Assembly (NCBI RefSeq): GCF_964194155.1
Contig: NC_135901.1
Coordinates: 20,274,001 to 20,338,000 of the forward strand
Length of the DNA stretch: 64,000 bases
Direction: 5' to 3'
Origin: Cetorhinus maximus
Taxonomy: Eukaryota
Shown piece by piece: positions 13,901-27,860 of the stretch. The position numbers and the translations under genes are program-made. Below the pieces are notes generated by a model. The model was not told the origin of the DNA. It made no database searches and worked only from the letters and a program-made list of their open reading frames with translations. Within the stretch, counting starts at the first letter, position 1. Each line of letters starts with the position of its first letter.

Positions 13901-14193
13901 TGGAACAGAGACAAATGTATATATTTTAGATCTACCTGTAGTGGTGGGCAGAAAACTATTTACTATCCAGGATAAAATAAATGTCCTTCATCTGCTTTTG
14001 CAGATCATTTCAGTGGAAATGTGTGCTCCCAGGCTCAAAGAGCTTCAGCCCACTGGGAGCAAAGTTGTGAGAACGGCCAGTCCAGCAGAAAGAGACCCTC
14101 CGACCCTCCCACTTCACCAACTGTCAGAGTGAACATTGTTCAGTTCAGGATGTGATTTACAGCAGCAATAACAGCAGAATCTAACCCCTGTAA

Positions 14194-14868
14194 CTACTTG
14201 TGAACTCGCTGGTGTCTCAGCAAGTTGGATACCTGAGTGAATCCCTTCCCACAGTCAGAGCAGATGAAGGGCCTCTCCCTGCTGTGAACTCGCCGGTGTG
14301 TCTGCAGGCTGGATGAATCACTGAATCCCTTCCCACACTCAGAGCAGGTGAAAGGCTTCTCTCCGGTGTGAACTCGCTGGTGTCTCAGCAGATTGGATAC
14401 CTGAGTGAATTCCTTCCCACAGTCAGAGCAGGTGAATGGCCTCTCCCCGGTGTGAACTCGCTGGTGTCTCAGCAGGTGAGATGACTGAGTGAATCCCATT
14501 CCACACATGGAGCAGGTGAACAACCTCTCCCCCGTGTGAACCTGCCGGTGTGTCACCAGATGTGATGACTGAATGAATCCTTTCCCACAATCAGAGCAGG
14601 TGAATGGTCTCTTCCCAGCGTGAACTCGCTGGTGCTTCCGCAAGGTGGATGAATCACTGAATTCTTTCCCACACTCAGGGCAGGTGAATGGCCTCTCCCC
14701 ACTGTGAACTCGCTGGTGTGTCAGCAAGTGGGATGACTGAGTGAATCCCTTCCCACACATTGGGCATGTGAATGGCTTCTCTCCAGTGTGAATGCGTTGA
14801 TGAGTTTCCAGCGCAGATGGGGAGGGGAATCCCTTCCCACAGTCCAGACATTTCCATGGTTTCTCCAG
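14194..14868 (-). CDS. C2H2 zinc-finger protein ZF-3 (8 fingers; canonical ATG replaced by CTG at 14868, next ATG at 14760)
   Basis: Open frame [10 protein letters not shown]...HQRVHK*, 224 codons. Acceptor at 15235-15236, exon-1 donor at 16272. Confidence 0.7.
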   Translation of the reverse strand: MEKPWKCLDCGKGFPSPSALETHQRIHTGEKPFTCPMCGKGFTQSSHLLTHQRVHSGERPFTCPECGKEFSDSSTLRKHQRVHAGKRPFTCSDCGKGFIQSSHLVTHRQVHTGERLFTCSMCGMGFTQSSHLLRHQRVHTGERPFTCSDCGKEFTQVSNLLRHQRVHTGEKPFTCSECGKGFSDSSSLQTHRRVHSRERPFICSDCGKGFTQVSNLLRHQRVHK

Positions 14869-16266
14869 GATGTGGGTATTCTTGTGTCTCTCCAGGTTAG
14901 AAGATCAGTTGAAGCCTCATCCAGACACAGAACAGGTGTATGGTCTCTCCCGTCTGAATGGTGCGATGTTCTTTCAGGCTGTATAACTGGTTTAAGCTTC
15001 CACAGTCAGTGCACTAGAACACTCTCACTGAGGTGTGTGGATGTGTGTATCTTGGTGCTTTTCCAGTCACCCTGATGTTTAAAACGTTTTGAAGCAGACA
15101 AAGCAGACAAACATTTTTCCTTCTAGATTCAAACACTGATGAAATTCACGTCTGATGAATTTAGTGACTCTGTCAGATCTGGACATGATGTTTCATTGGA
15201 GATTTCTCTCTGCAAGTCATCCACTTCTAATATCCTGCAAAAGGAGTTTACAAAGTCATCACTGTCAGTACAGGTTAGAAATTCAGAACAGGCAATTCTA
15301 ATTTCTATGGAACATTCTTTCCCCTCTCATTACCCAAAGGCTGTAAATCTCCATCCCACACACTCTCCCTATACTCTCACTCTGCTGTACCTAATATACA
15401 CCCTCCCAATTCTCCTGAAATTCATGCTGATTTACAGATTCATGCTCATTGCATTCCTGTCCTGAACACAGAGACCTGAAAATCTTCATGCAGGCTGCTA
15501 GCCTCTATAGATGTCTATAATATGGACTAAAAATGTGAGTGATATAGAGGATTGTATCACTTGATTAGAGATACAGGGGGAATGTGAGGAAGAAGTTTCC
15601 TTTGGCAGCGAGTGGTCATGATCTGGAACTCGCTGCCTACGAGGATGGTGGAAGCAGAGATTATCAAGGATTTCACAATGAAATTGGATGGACGCTTGAA
15701 GGAAATAAACTTGTAGGAACAAGGGATATAGAGGGGTAATGGTCTGACTAGATTTCTCTCCAGAGAGTTAACATGGACTCAAGTTGTTGAATGGAATCCT
15801 TCTGTACTGTAATGTCTCTCTGACTGGAAATATATAACGTAGTTATAGTACTTTATTACAAAAATATAAATAATTATAAACATACTTTACTGCTGAAACA
15901 TAAATAATATATCTAATATGTACTATATAACAACACTGGACATATATCTGCTGTTATCATGTGAAGACCAATAAGGTTAATAAACAAATTCCCAGGCAAC
16001 CCCAATGGAATAAACTGAAGGACAAGGTTTCACTTTTTAAAATTTTTACTGTAGCAATCAAGCTAAAAGGAACATAAGTGAAGCCTGCATTAACAGGCAA
16101 ACAGGATTTGAATAGACAGGATAAATTTGACTTTAAACAGTTGATACAATAAAAAACAGGCTCCACAAAATCACCAGCATTTCCCCCTCTCAGCATATTT
16201 GGCATTAATTCCAGTTACAGCCCCACAACTCTCTGTATTTCCCAGGCAAAGGAAATAAAGTGTTTC

Positions 16267-16809
16267 ACTCACAGATGTTGAACAGAGGAGGAAGTTTTTG
16301 TGTGTGTGAAACTAAAAACAAACGCTGAGCTGATGAAATCAGACGACAGGACTTGGAAGAAATTAAAGCGAAGACATTTTGTCAAGTCTCCTCCCCTACC
16401 CCAGCTGGCAGCCTAGCGCGCAGGCGCAGAAACAGCTGCTGGCCCGAGCAGGCGCACTGCGGCTGCAGTCAGCGGTCGCTCTCGATCTCTTTTTGGCCCA
16501 GCCAGCCGCCGTAGAGAATGATTGGGGAGGCGGAGTTCGCCGAGCGGCTTCTCGCTCTGGCCGGAGCCGTCAGCCGGTTGCCTGGAAACCTCGGCTGGAG
16601 AAGGTGTCGGAGGAGGGGGAACAAAGGGTGGGGGCGGGGATCCCGTGTCCGCGCGCCTGGCCTGCAGACTGGAACCCGAGCACGTCACCGCGGAGCAGAC
16701 TGATTCCTATTGGCTGATTCAGGCAGGGTTCCATTGTGGACGTCACAACGCGGAAGTTGGACAATGAGCTTCAGACTGAAACTTCCTCCTCTGGGCAACA
16801 TCTGTGAGG
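16267..16809. promoter_or_regulatory. Bidirectional CpG-island promoter of ZF-3/ZF-4
   Basis: Outward-facing exon-1 donors (16272 minus, 16804 plus); X-box-like GTTGCCTGGAAAC at 16577; ACGTCA twice; ATTGG boxes; CGGAAGT. Confidence 0.7.
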
Positions 16810-17099
16810 AAATCAGTGTTTCCCTCTGACCATTTCTTTTCGAATTCTGGGGGTAAGTTGTTGACTTGCAGGAACTAAAAGGAAAGTAAGTGAATCCAGG
16901 GAGAGTGTAGACTCTGGAAAGGTTGGCCCAGGTCTCTCTCTTGAGACATTGACATGCTTTGCTCGCTCAGCTTGACACACTTATTTGCCTTGCGAAAAGG
17001 ACGGTCTCTTTTGTAATGTTCACAATTAAAGGGGTGGCTTCGCAGGAGATGAACAGCATTTAAGTGAAGAGTAAATTAAAATAAGACAGAGATCTGTCT

Positions 17100-18540
17100 A
17101 GTTTTTTTATTCATTCACAGGATGTGGGCTTCGCTGGCTGAGCCAGCATTTATTGCCCATCCCTAGTTGCCCTTGAGAAGGTGGTTGTGAGCTGCCTTCT
17201 TGAACTGCTGCAGCCCATGTGGTGCAGGTACACCCACAATGCTGTTAGGGAGGGAGTTCCAGGATTTTGACCCAACAACAGTGAAGGGACGGCAATATAT
17301 ATTTCCAAGTCAGGATGGTAAGTGATTTGGAGGGGGACTTCCATGTGGTGGTGTTCCCATCTATCTGCTGCCCTTGTCCTAGATGGTCCTGCCGAGGGTT
17401 TGGAAGGTGCTATCTAAGGACCCTTGGTGAATTCCTGCACTGCATCTTGTAGGTGGTACACACTGCTGCTACTGTTCATCAGTGGTGGAGAGAGTGAATA
17501 TTTGAGGATGTGGTGCCAATCAAGCGGGCTACTTTGTCTTGGATGGTGTCAAGCTTCTTGAGTGTTGTGGGAGCTGCACTCATCAAGGCAAGTGGGGAGT
17601 ATTCCATCACACCCTTGACTTGTGCCTTGTAGATGGTGAACAGGCTTTGTGGGGTCAGGAGGTGAGTTACTCGTCGCAGGATTCCTAGCCTCTGACCTGC
17701 TCTTGTTGCCATAGTATTTATATGGCTAGTCTTGCTCAGTTTCTGGTCAATGGCAACCCCAAGGATGTTGACAGTGAGGGTTTCAGTGATGGTAATGCCA
17801 TTGAACGTTATGGGGTGATGGTTAGATTCTCTCTTGTTGGAGATGGTCATTGTCTGACATTTGTGTGGCACGTATGTCACTTGCCACTTGTCAGCCCAAG
17901 CCTTGATATTGTCCAGGTCTTGCTGCATTTGGACATGGACTACTTCAGTATCTGAGGAGTCAAGATTGCTGCTGAATATTGTGCAATCATCAATGGTTCT
18001 GACCTTATGATGGAAGGAAGGTCACTGGTGAAGCTGGTGAAGCAGCTGAAGATGGTTGGGCAGAGGACACTACCCTGAGGAACTTCTGCAGCGATGTCCT
18101 GGAGCTGAGATGATTGACCTCCAACAACTACAAACATCTTCCTTTGTGCTAGGTATGACTCCAACCAATGGAGAGTTTCCCCCTGATTTCCATTGACTCC
18201 AGTTTTACCAGAGCTCCTTGACGCCACACTTGGTCAAATGCAGTCTTGATATCAAGGGCAGTCACTCTCACCTCGCCTCAGGAGTTCAGATCTATTGTCC
18301 ATGTTTGAACCAAGGCTGTATTGAGGTCAGGAGCTGAGTGGCCCTGGTGGAATCCAAACTGGGTCTCAATGAGCAAGTTATTTCTAAGCAAGTGCCATTT
18401 GATAGCCCCATTGATTACCCCTTCCATTACTTTACTGATGATTAAGAGTAGGCTGATGGGGCGGTGATTGGCCGCATTGTGTACAGGTCTTAACAGGGCA
18501 AATTTGACATAGCTGGGTAGCTGCAGTGCAACAGCTTGGC
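17100..18540 (-). mobile_element. 5'-truncated CR1-group LINE, same family as 51525-54760, in the ZF-4 intron
   Basis: ORFs 17479-17928 and 17940-18227 (VPQGSVL, QQDLDNIKAWADKWQV); family tail and A-rich end at about 17100. Confidence 0.88.
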
Positions 18541-19485
18541 TGGATCTGCATGCTATATGTATATGATAGGTATTGTTTATGGTTCTCTAATCAAGTACAT
18601 TAATTTTATTTCTAGTCTGGTAATGTTCTGCTGCATATATTTCCAATCATAGGATCATTAAGGCATAGAAGGAATCCATACAGCAACTCAATTCAATACC
18701 GACTCTCTGTCGAGCAACACACACAGTCCCATTTTCCTTCGATATCCCTGTAGCCCTGCAAATTTATTGCTTTTAAGTGCCCACCTAATTTCATTTTAAA
18801 ATCATTGATCATCTCTGCTTCCACCACCCTCATGGGCAGCAAGTTCCAGATCATGACCGTTCACTGCCTACATAAAAGTTCTTCTTCACATCCCCATGTT
18901 TCAAATAATACAGTACTATATATTACAAGAATTTTTAGTCCATATATATATATAGAATCAGTAAGTATGGATCTGTCAATCAGCACAAATCGACACCTTC
19001 AGAAACATTTGAAGGTTGTAAATTAGGTACAGCAGAGTGGGAATGGAAGTAGAGTGTGTGGGCATGGATATTTACAGGTTTTTGGGACCGAGGGAAAAGA
19101 ATGTTCCGTGGAAACTGGAATTGTTTTTCTGAATTTCTATCCTGTACTGACAGTGATGACTTTTGTAAACCTCTTTTACAGAATATCAGAAGGTGAGGAT
19201 TTTCAGAATAGAAATCTCAGCATGTCAAGATCTGACAGTGTCACTTGATTCATCAACCCCTGAATATGATCGGCCTTTTTAACATCAGTTTGACCAGAAA
19301 AGCACCAACACACACATGTGAGTGAGATTGTTCCAGTGCACTGACTGTGGAAAGAGCTTTACCCAGTTACACAGCCTGAAGAAACATCACATCATTCACA
19401 GCAGCGGAAAAACCGTAGATGTGTTCTGTGCGTGAACGAGGCTTCAACTGATTGTTGAACCTGCAGACACAAGGACACCCGCACA

Positions 19486-20328
19486 ATGGAGAAACCTTGG
19501 AAATGTGGGGACTGTGGGAAGGGACTCAGATTCCCATGTCAGCTGGAAAGTCATCGACGTATTCACACTGGGGAGAGGCCATTCACCTGCTCTGATTGTG
19601 GGAAGGGATTCACCCATTCATCCCATCTGCTGACACACCAGCGAGTTCACACCAGTGAGAGGCCGTTCATCTGCTCTGATTGTGGGAAGGGATTCACTCA
19701 GTCATGTAACTTGGTGAGACACCAGCGAGTTCACACTGGGGAGAGGCCATTCACCTGCTCTCAGTGTGGGAAGGGATTCAGTGACTTATCCACCCTACTA
19801 CACCACCAGCAAGTTCACACTGAGGAGAGGCCGTTCACCTGTTCTCAGTGTGGGAAGGGATTCAATCGGTCATCCAACCTGCTGAGACACCAGCGACTTC
19901 ACACTGGGGAGAGGATGTTCACCTGCACTGAATGTGGGATGGGATTCACTCAGTCATCCAGCCTGCTCTCACACCAGCGAGTTCACACTGGGGAGAGGCC
20001 GTTCATCTGCACTGAGTGTGGGATGGGATTTGCTCAGTCATCCAGCCTGCTGAAACACCAGCGAGTTCACACTGGGGAGAAGCCGTTCACCTGCTCTGAA
20101 TGTGGGAAGAGATTCAGTGATTCATCCAACCTCTTGAGACACCAGCGTGTTCACACTGGGGACAAGCCATTCACCTGCTCAAAGTGTGGGATGGAATTCA
20201 CTCAGACATCCAGTCTGCTGACACACCAGCGAGCTCACACTGGGGAGACACCATTCACCTGCTCTGAGTGTGGGAAGAGATTTAATCGGTTATACAATCT
20301 TCGGAAGCACCAGCAAGTTCACAAGTGA
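19486..20328 (+). CDS. C2H2 zinc-finger protein ZF-4 (10 fingers, 280 aa)
   Basis: Intact ORF of 10 x 28 aa; acceptor at 19181; family 3' UTR. Confidence 0.9.
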   Translation: MEKPWKCGDCGKGLRFPCQLESHRRIHTGERPFTCSDCGKGFTHSSHLLTHQRVHTSERPFICSDCGKGFTQSCNLVRHQRVHTGERPFTCSQCGKGFSDLSTLLHHQQVHTEERPFTCSQCGKGFNRSSNLLRHQRLHTGERMFTCTECGMGFTQSSSLLSHQRVHTGERPFICTECGMGFAQSSSLLKHQRVHTGEKPFTCSECGKRFSDSSNLLRHQRVHTGDKPFTCSKCGMEFTQTSSLLTHQRAHTGETPFTCSECGKRFNRLYNLRKHQQVHK

Positions 20329-20689
20329 TTATTGAGGAGTTTGGATTCTACTGTTGTTGTTGCTGTTAATCACATCCTTGACTGAATTTTGCACATTCTG
20401 CCAGCTGGCAAACTGGGAAGATTGGAGCGTTTCTTTCTGCTGGACTGGCCAGTCTCCAGTGGAATGATGCTCTTTGTGCCTCGTTACGAACTTCAATTTC
20501 TTATTTCATAAGGATCACAGAATGAAAAGGTGTTTTGAAGGTAAATGATATTTAGTTTGCATTTCTGTTTGGAACATCCCAAAGCTTGCCACATTGCCTT
20601 GGAGATGGGCAATGGAGGTTCGAAGGATCTTTTGCTTCATTTATCTGGGTGTTCCTCACAGAATGCAATTGCAGATTTGTTCTTGTATC

Positions 20690-21390
20690 GTTTTCAGCCC
20701 CCTTGGCATTGGTGAGGGGAAAAGAAGCTGGACGATCGACCTAGCTTGAGCTGGAGGACGAAATCTACAGTGACCCTTTCAATGAAAGGCAGTTAGTCTT
20801 GTAGCAGAAAGAAGTCAGCTTCAATAATTAGCTTGGAAAGAGCTGTGAAGATGATGTGGGAGCAACCTGGGGGGAAAAAGTCTGTCTGGTCAAAGTCCAG
20901 GCAAGAAGGCAGTGAGGCTTATACTTGAGCTGAGAAATCAACAGTAGTGAGGTCTTCAAGCAGTTTTTAAGGGTCGATTAGCCAAAAGCTAATGGAAAGA
21001 TGCCCAGGAAGTCTTGTACCTCGGAACAGGAGCTGGAACACTGAGGAAAAATCAAAGTGAATTCCAGAGGGCTGTGGCACGTGGGTTAGTCCCAGGAAAA
21101 GTGAATGAACCTTCAAGATCTTGCACCGTATAAACTTTTGGGCCTCAATGAAAAGTAGAATGGGTTTTATAGTTTAAGTAATTTCAAAACATGGTGTTAA
21201 GTTGGCAGTGTTTGCTTTGTTTACTTTTTTACATACAATGAAGTTTGTTTTTGTTTAATAGTGTGAAATCTTGTGGCTTATCTCTTTCAGTTAATTACTG
21301 GGTTTTCAGATTTCTCTTCAAGCATTAATGGTCCCCACCAGCTTCTTAAGAAAGTTGGGAAATCTGGGATTTCGAATCCACAAACTGATA
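20690..21390 (+). mobile_element. Possible LTR with a degenerate tRNA-Pro-like PBS
   Basis: U5-like T-rich end followed by ttgggaaatctgggatttcgaa, loosely like TGGGGGCTCGTCCGGGATTTGAA. Confidence 0.3.
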
Positions 21391-22449
21391 CGTGTGTGCT
21401 GTGTTTTGCTAAGGTTTAGGCTAACAAGACTTTACTGTGAACTTTACTGTACTTAGTGAGAAGCAGAATTGCTTGTTAATTTTACTTGAGGGAGAAGATT
21501 TGTCCCTGAGAAATAATAAAAAAATGACATGCATCTAACTGACAAGCATTCAAATGCTAATTTAGACTTCCCATTTGACCTTCTGTTACATTTCTGTCTC
21601 TCTACTCCTGGTGTCAATGACAGCCAGGCGACAGAGCTGAGAACTGAATTTAGCTGAGAATAACAGGGTCTGCATCCCAGTTGGGAATCTGCCATGGGTG
21701 TCGCACTAATAGAGAGACAGGAAGGTGCTGGCCTCCAACTAATCAGGGCATGGGAGAGGGAAACCAGGGCTGATGGTGACATGACCCCCGGGGTTCAGTG
21801 CCCTTGTGTCCAAAACAGGGAGTCATGGGAACAGGGTATAGGGGAGCCAAAGAGAAACCATTTGGATCCAGAATGTTGTGCACATCCTTTTACTCTGGTT
21901 GTCTTTGATCCTCAAGTAATTTACTATTTTTTAACCATGTCTCTTGCATTAATAAACTTTTAACAATAAAAATATTTGATTTTGCTGGACTTTTCATGAT
22001 TACATTTATGCACTTTAGGGAAAGCGGGTGAGAGGGGTTATCATGCTCTTTGACAGAAAGTGAGTCCCTCTCAAGCAATTGGCAAAGGAACCACAGGGGG
22101 AGATGAGATTTTATTTTTGACACAGCGATGTTAGAAAATGGAGTTCAGGGAGTTAATTAACCCTTTCTCCCCCTTTCCCAAACTCTGAAATTATTCACAG
22201 TGATAACCCTTATTGGTGACAGTGGTTGGATTTTACCCAGTACAAATAAGACCTGACACATGCTCATGTCTGAGCAGTGGTGCAAAGTGCAGCAGCATTA
22301 CCATTACACTCTGGGGAGAAGCACCATCTCCATGTAAATGCTCCCTGGTCTGCCTCAGATGCCACGGCACCAGTCAATGCAAAATGTAAAACCTCTACAA
22401 ATCTCTGCGCTCGGGGGATCACTTATAATTTTCTTTTAACATCGTAAAA

Positions 22450-23900
22450 TCTATGGAAACTGATTTAACCCAACCATTGCCAACCTAATATTTGAATGGT
22501 CCGATTACAAAACCTGTCATTGAACCATTTGTACTCGTCCAAGCCACGTCAAAATCTCAAACAATTAATTTCCCCACACTCCGTCCCCGGTACAGGGAGT
22601 CAGCATTCCCAGGCCAAGCAGTTAAAAACATGGTGGCCTTTACACCCAGGTGTCATCTATAATTCAAGGCACTCTTGTTTTCTCTGTCCTCTGGGAGCTG
22701 TTTATCTCCCTGTTCCCACATAGCAAGTTGTCTGTTCTCAGCTCTGCTAGATTTCTGCTGAAGTTTGGTCCCTTTTACGACTTTCAGATCAATAAAACAT
22801 TTGGTCAATGAAGACCAAATCACAATTTCCCATCCTGTCACCTGTCAACCATCCTCACCCAGAGCGGAATCTCAACAGGAGAAGTGTAACAATCAAATTA
22901 AAAATAAATGCACAGCCAGTCATATAATTTAATTCAGTATTCACTGATGAGCAAGAAAAGCCGAAGTAGGGATCCCCCAGGATTCTTACAGTCCACACCT
23001 TGAGGGGGAGGAGTACTCTCTCCAACTTCTCACTCAATTTCACTCCATTATTTTCCAGTTCTGTTCTGGCCCTGCCTGGAGTAACATCTATCCAATCTTT
23101 TCTTCTCCTGAAGGAGCGTCATGAGTTCTAAGTTAAAGTACATAAGGACATATGCTTCAAGCAACAGATCAAGCATGGATGTACAAGATTCTCCAGCTCT
23201 CTCTTTATCTGTATCCAACTTGTAGCCAGTTCTCACTGAGTATTATTTCTCCCAAGCCCCTCATTGTCAAATTTTATCCCTTTTACTTTAATTTTACTCA
23301 CTTTTTGACCATGACCAGTGTACTTAATTCTATCCTGGTTGTTTTAGTCAGTTTCGCTATGGAGAATGTGTCAATTCCTTGATGATGTCAAAATGTTGTC
23401 TCATTCCTCTGGTCCCAGGAACCATTCATGTTATGCTGGGTGTCAAGGGGCTGCGTATGTTTGGGACCCATTCTTCAGTGCAGGTTCACCATGGATTTCC
23501 CTGTGTTAGTCATTTTACATGTAACAAATCACATATGCACACTCAAACCGGTATCCCAAAATCATGTCACACATTCTTCGCTTTCAGGTGATCTCATCAA
23601 AAGATCAAAGTGGGTGTCAGTCTCAAGATCTTCGTATGTTGCTGAGGTTTCAGGTAGTGGCCAGGCTTTCAAATGTACATCTTTATTTTAAAAAACGTTC
23701 ATAGGCAAAGGATAGAAATATTTCCAAGTGTAATCTGTCAACATATTCGTCTCTTCACTTTCCTGAATTCACCACAATGTATATGGATACCAGATTGATA
23801 TATTCCATTGAATGAGTTATTCCCTTGATGAGTTATTCCAATTCCTTTACTGTTCAGTACAATACTTTCCTAATATTTTTAAAACAGAAAATAAACATTT
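22450..23900 (-). mobile_element. Possible very decayed LTR-element gag remnant
   Basis: Weak gag-like peptides (LLLEAY, CKGHHVFNC) in broken frames. Confidence 0.2.
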
Positions 23901-23954
23901 CCATTTGGTTTCAGGTATCAACATATTTTGTTTGTTCTTTATTTTAGACATCAG

Positions 23955-25000
23955 GCTGAGTTGCTCTCCGAGGAGCAAAGGAGTTTGATGGGAGATTTGA
24001 TAGAGGTGTTGAAGATTATGACAGGTTTAGATAAGGTGGACATAGAAAAGCTGTTGCCATTAGTCGATGGTACAATGTTGAGGGAACATAGATTTAAGGT
24101 TTTGGGCAGGAGATGTAGGGGGATTTGAGGAAGGAACGTTTTTACACAGCGAGTGGTAATGATCTGCAGCTCAGTGCATACGTAGGTGGTGGAAACAGAG
24201 ACAATGAATGATTTCAAAAGGAAATTGGATGAACACCTGAGGGAAATAAACTTGCAGGGCTATGGAGATAGAACAGGGCAATGGGACAGACTGGTACGCT
24301 CTACAGAGAGCTGGCATGGAATGGATAGGCCGAATAGACTCCTTCTCTGCCCGAGTGACTCTATGATCTAAAGAGAACAATTTCAGCTGCTCCAGTCTCT
24401 CCAACGAACTGAAGTCCTCATCCCTGGTGCCGTTCTCGTAAATCTCCTCGGCACCCTCTCTGAGCACTTCACATCTTTCCTAAATCTGAGGCCCATATAT
24501 AGGCTTCCTTTCTAGAGGGATAGAATTGAAAAGCAGGGAGGTTATATTCAACTTGTTTAGAACCATGGTTAGACTACACTGGGAGGACTGTCAACATTTG
24601 TGATCTCCATTTAGAAAAAGGAAATAGAGGCACTGGAGAAGGAGCAACAAAGATTCACAAGAATAATCCCAGAACTGAGAACATTTAACCCTCAGGAAAG
24701 GAGGGGGTGTATTTCTCTAAAAAAGAGGAAGACTGAAGTGTGACCTGATGGAAGTCTTGATAATTATGAAGGGGTTCAATTATCCAATAGGGATTTCATG
24801 AGAAACCTCTTTACCCAGCGAGTGGTGAGAATGTGGAACTCACTACCACAGCGAGTGGTTGAGGTGAATAGCATGAATACATTTAAGGGGAAGCTAGATA
24901 CATACATGAGGAAGAAAGGAATAGAAGGATATGCTGATGGAGGGAAATGAAGAGGACTGTGTTGAGGCTTATGCGGAGCATAAATACTGACATAGACCAA
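23955..25000 (+). mobile_element. CR1 LINE fragments
   Basis: GDLIEVLKIMTGLDKVD and CR1 3' UTR; shared ZF 3'-flank block at 24370-25000. Confidence 0.8.
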
Positions 25001-25095
25001 TTTGCTGACCCTCCCACTTCAACTGTCAGAATGAACATGGCTTAGTTCTGGATGTGATTAACAGCAGCAATAACAGCAGAATCCAACCCCATTAA

Positions 25096-25518
25096 TCACT
25101 TGTGAACTCGCTGGTGTCTCAGCAGGGTGGATAAGTCACTGAAACTCTTGCCACACATGGAGCAGGTGAACGGCCTCTCCCCAGTGTGAACTTGCTGGTG
25201 TCTCATCACAGTAGTTGAATCACTGAATCCCTTTCCACACACGAAGCAGATAAATGACCTCTCCTCAGTGTGAACTCTTTGGTATCTCAGCAGGTTGGAT
25301 GAATCACAGAATCCCTTCCCACGTTCAGAGCAGGCAAAGGGCCTCTTGCCTGTGTGAACTCGCTGGTGTCTCTGCAGGGTGGATACATCACTGAATCCCT
25401 TCCTACACTCAGAGCAGATGAATGGCCTCTCCCCAGTGTGACTGCATTGATGAGTTTCCAGCTGGGATGGGTAACTGAATCCCTTCCCACAGTCCACACA
25501 TTTCCATGGTTTCTCCAA
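25096..25518 (-). pseudogene. C2H2 zinc-finger locus ZF-5 (5 fingers), probably decaying
   Basis: Start ATG changed to TTG; one finger has C>R and H>Y; a CR1 fragment (25745-26030) is inserted in the leader; acceptor at 26171-26172. Confidence 0.7.
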
Positions 25519-26574
25519 GGTGTGCGTGTCCTTGTGCCTCCCCAGATTTGACGATCAGTTGAAGACTCATCCACACACAGAACACGTGTACGGTTACTCC
25601 ACACTGTGAATGGTGTGATGTTCTTTCAGGATGTGTAACTGGTTAAAGCTCTTTCCACAGTCAGTGCACTGGAACACTCTCACTCGGGTGTGTGTGTCTC
25701 GGTGTTTTTCCTTAAACTAATGTTTAAAATCTTTTGAAGCAGACAGTGGAGACTAGAACCGGGGGCACAGTTTAAGAAAACGAGGTCTCCATTTTAAGAC
25801 TGAGATTAGGATTTTTTTCTCTCAGAGGGTCACCAGTGTGTGGAAATCTCTTCCCCAGAAAGCAGTGGAGGCTGGTTCATTCAAGGATGTTTTGGACAGA
25901 TTTTTGACAACCAAGGGAGCCAAGGGCTATGAGGGCAGATAGGAAAGTGAATTTGAGACCACAACCAGATCAGCCATGATTTCAGTGAATGGTGGAGCAG
26001 GCATGAGGGCCGAATGGCCTACTCCCATCTTCCTCAAACCGACAAACATTTCTCCTTCTTGAGTCAAAAGCCGATGATATTCAGGAATGGATGAATTGAG
26101 TGCCTCTGTCTGATCTTGACGTGATGTCTGTTTTGAGATTTCTGTCTGCAAATCCTCCCCTTGTAATATCCTGTAAAAGGAGTTTACAAAAGTCATCACT
26201 GTCAGTCCAGGATAGAAATTCAGAACAGACAATTCTAGTTGCTATGGAACATTTTTTCCTGTCTCATTTCCCCAAATGCTGTAAATCTCCAACCCACAGA
26301 CTGTCCCTCCATTCTCACTCTGCTGTAGCTAATATACATCCTCCCAATTCTCCTGAAGGTACCAATTCATGCTGACCAACAAATCCATGCTCATCATTTC
26401 CTGACCTGGACAGGGTTGGCATGGACCCGAGTTGCCAAAAGGACTACTTTGCTGTAATGACTGTATGACTGAAAGTATATAACATAGCTACAGTACTATA
26501 CTACAAGACTAGAAATAATGACAAATGCACTGCACTCCTCCAATTCTGGCAACTTGTGCATCTGTTATTTTATC

Positions 26575-27085
26575 CTGAGGGGTCTTGACAGGGTGGATGT
26601 GGAGAGGATGTTTCCTCTTGTGGGAGAATCTAGAATTAGGGGTCACTGTTTAAAAATAAGGGGTTGCCCATTTAAGACAGGGATGAGATGTTTTTTCTCT
26701 CAGAGCCATGAGTCTTTGGAACTGTCTTCCTCAAAAGATGGTGGAAGCAGAGTCACAGAATCAGAATCACAAAATCACACAGTGCAGAAGATGCCATTCG
26801 GCCCATCGATTCTGCACGGACATGTGAGAAACACCTGACCTATCTAACTAATCCCATTTACCAGCACTTGGCCCATAGCCTTGAATGTTATGATGTGCCA
26901 AGTGCTCATCCAGGTATTTTTTAAAGGAGTCTTTGAATATTTTTAAGGCAGAGCCAGATAGATTCTTGATAAGCAAAGGTGGTGAAAGGTTATCAGGGGT
27001 GGGCAGGAATGTGAAGTTGAGGCCACATTCAGATCAGCCATGATCTTACTGAATGGCGGAGAAGACTCGAGGGGCTGAGTGGCCT
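26575..27085 (+). mobile_element. CR1 3' end with a nested inverted CR1 tail (26750-26925)
   Basis: LRGLDRVDVERMFPLVGESRIRGH. Confidence 0.8.
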
Positions 27086-27091
27086 ATTTTC

Positions 27092-27503
27092 GGGGGAAGT
27101 GGTGGCGTAGTGGTATTGTCACCTGACTATTACACCAGATACCCAGGGTAATGCCCTGGGGACCTGGGTTCAAATCCCACCACGGCAGATGGTGAATTTG
27201 AATTAAATATTTTAAAAATCTGGAATTAAAAGCCTCATGATGACCATGAAACCACTGTCGATTCTTGTAAAAATCCATCTGGTTTACCAGTGTCCTTTAG
27301 GGAAGGAAATCTGCCCTCCTTACTTGGTGTGGCCTACAGGTGACTCCAGACCAACAGCAATGTGGCTGACTCTTAAAAATTACCTCCAAAATGGCCTAGC
27401 AAATCATTTCAAGCCAAGTCAGTTCTCAAGGGCAATTAGGGATGGGTAATAAATGTTGGCCCAGCCAGCAATGCCCACACCACATGAGCAAATATGAAAA
27501 AAA
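27092..27503 (+). mobile_element. tRNA-derived SINE sharing head and tail with the LINE at 51525-54760
   Basis: A-box TGGCGTAGTGG, B-box GGTTCAAATCC, body cccatctggtt...gggaaggaaatctg, tail caagggcaattagggatggg, A-rich end. Confidence 0.85.
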
Positions 27504-27860
27504 TACTCCTGCTCCTAATTCGAATGTTTGTATAAGCAAAGGATGAGTGTGTGAGTGCGAACAGCAGTAATAGAGAGTAAGGAAGGTGTTTTATTAATAA
27601 ACCCTGATGAAATAAGAAAAAGATGGAAGAAGCATATTGAAGATATGGAAAAAATGTCAAATGATTGAACTGGAAGACAGTAATGTTGACATCGATTTCA
27701 TTGAACTAGAAATACTAGAGACAGCGAGATAAGAACAACAATCAATGAGATAAAAACTGGAAAAGTGACTGGAATAGATGAAATATCTCGAGAGTTGATT
27801 AAAAACATGGGAAGAAATTTAACATCAATGTTTACTGAGCTGTGTAAAGATGTTTACTTA

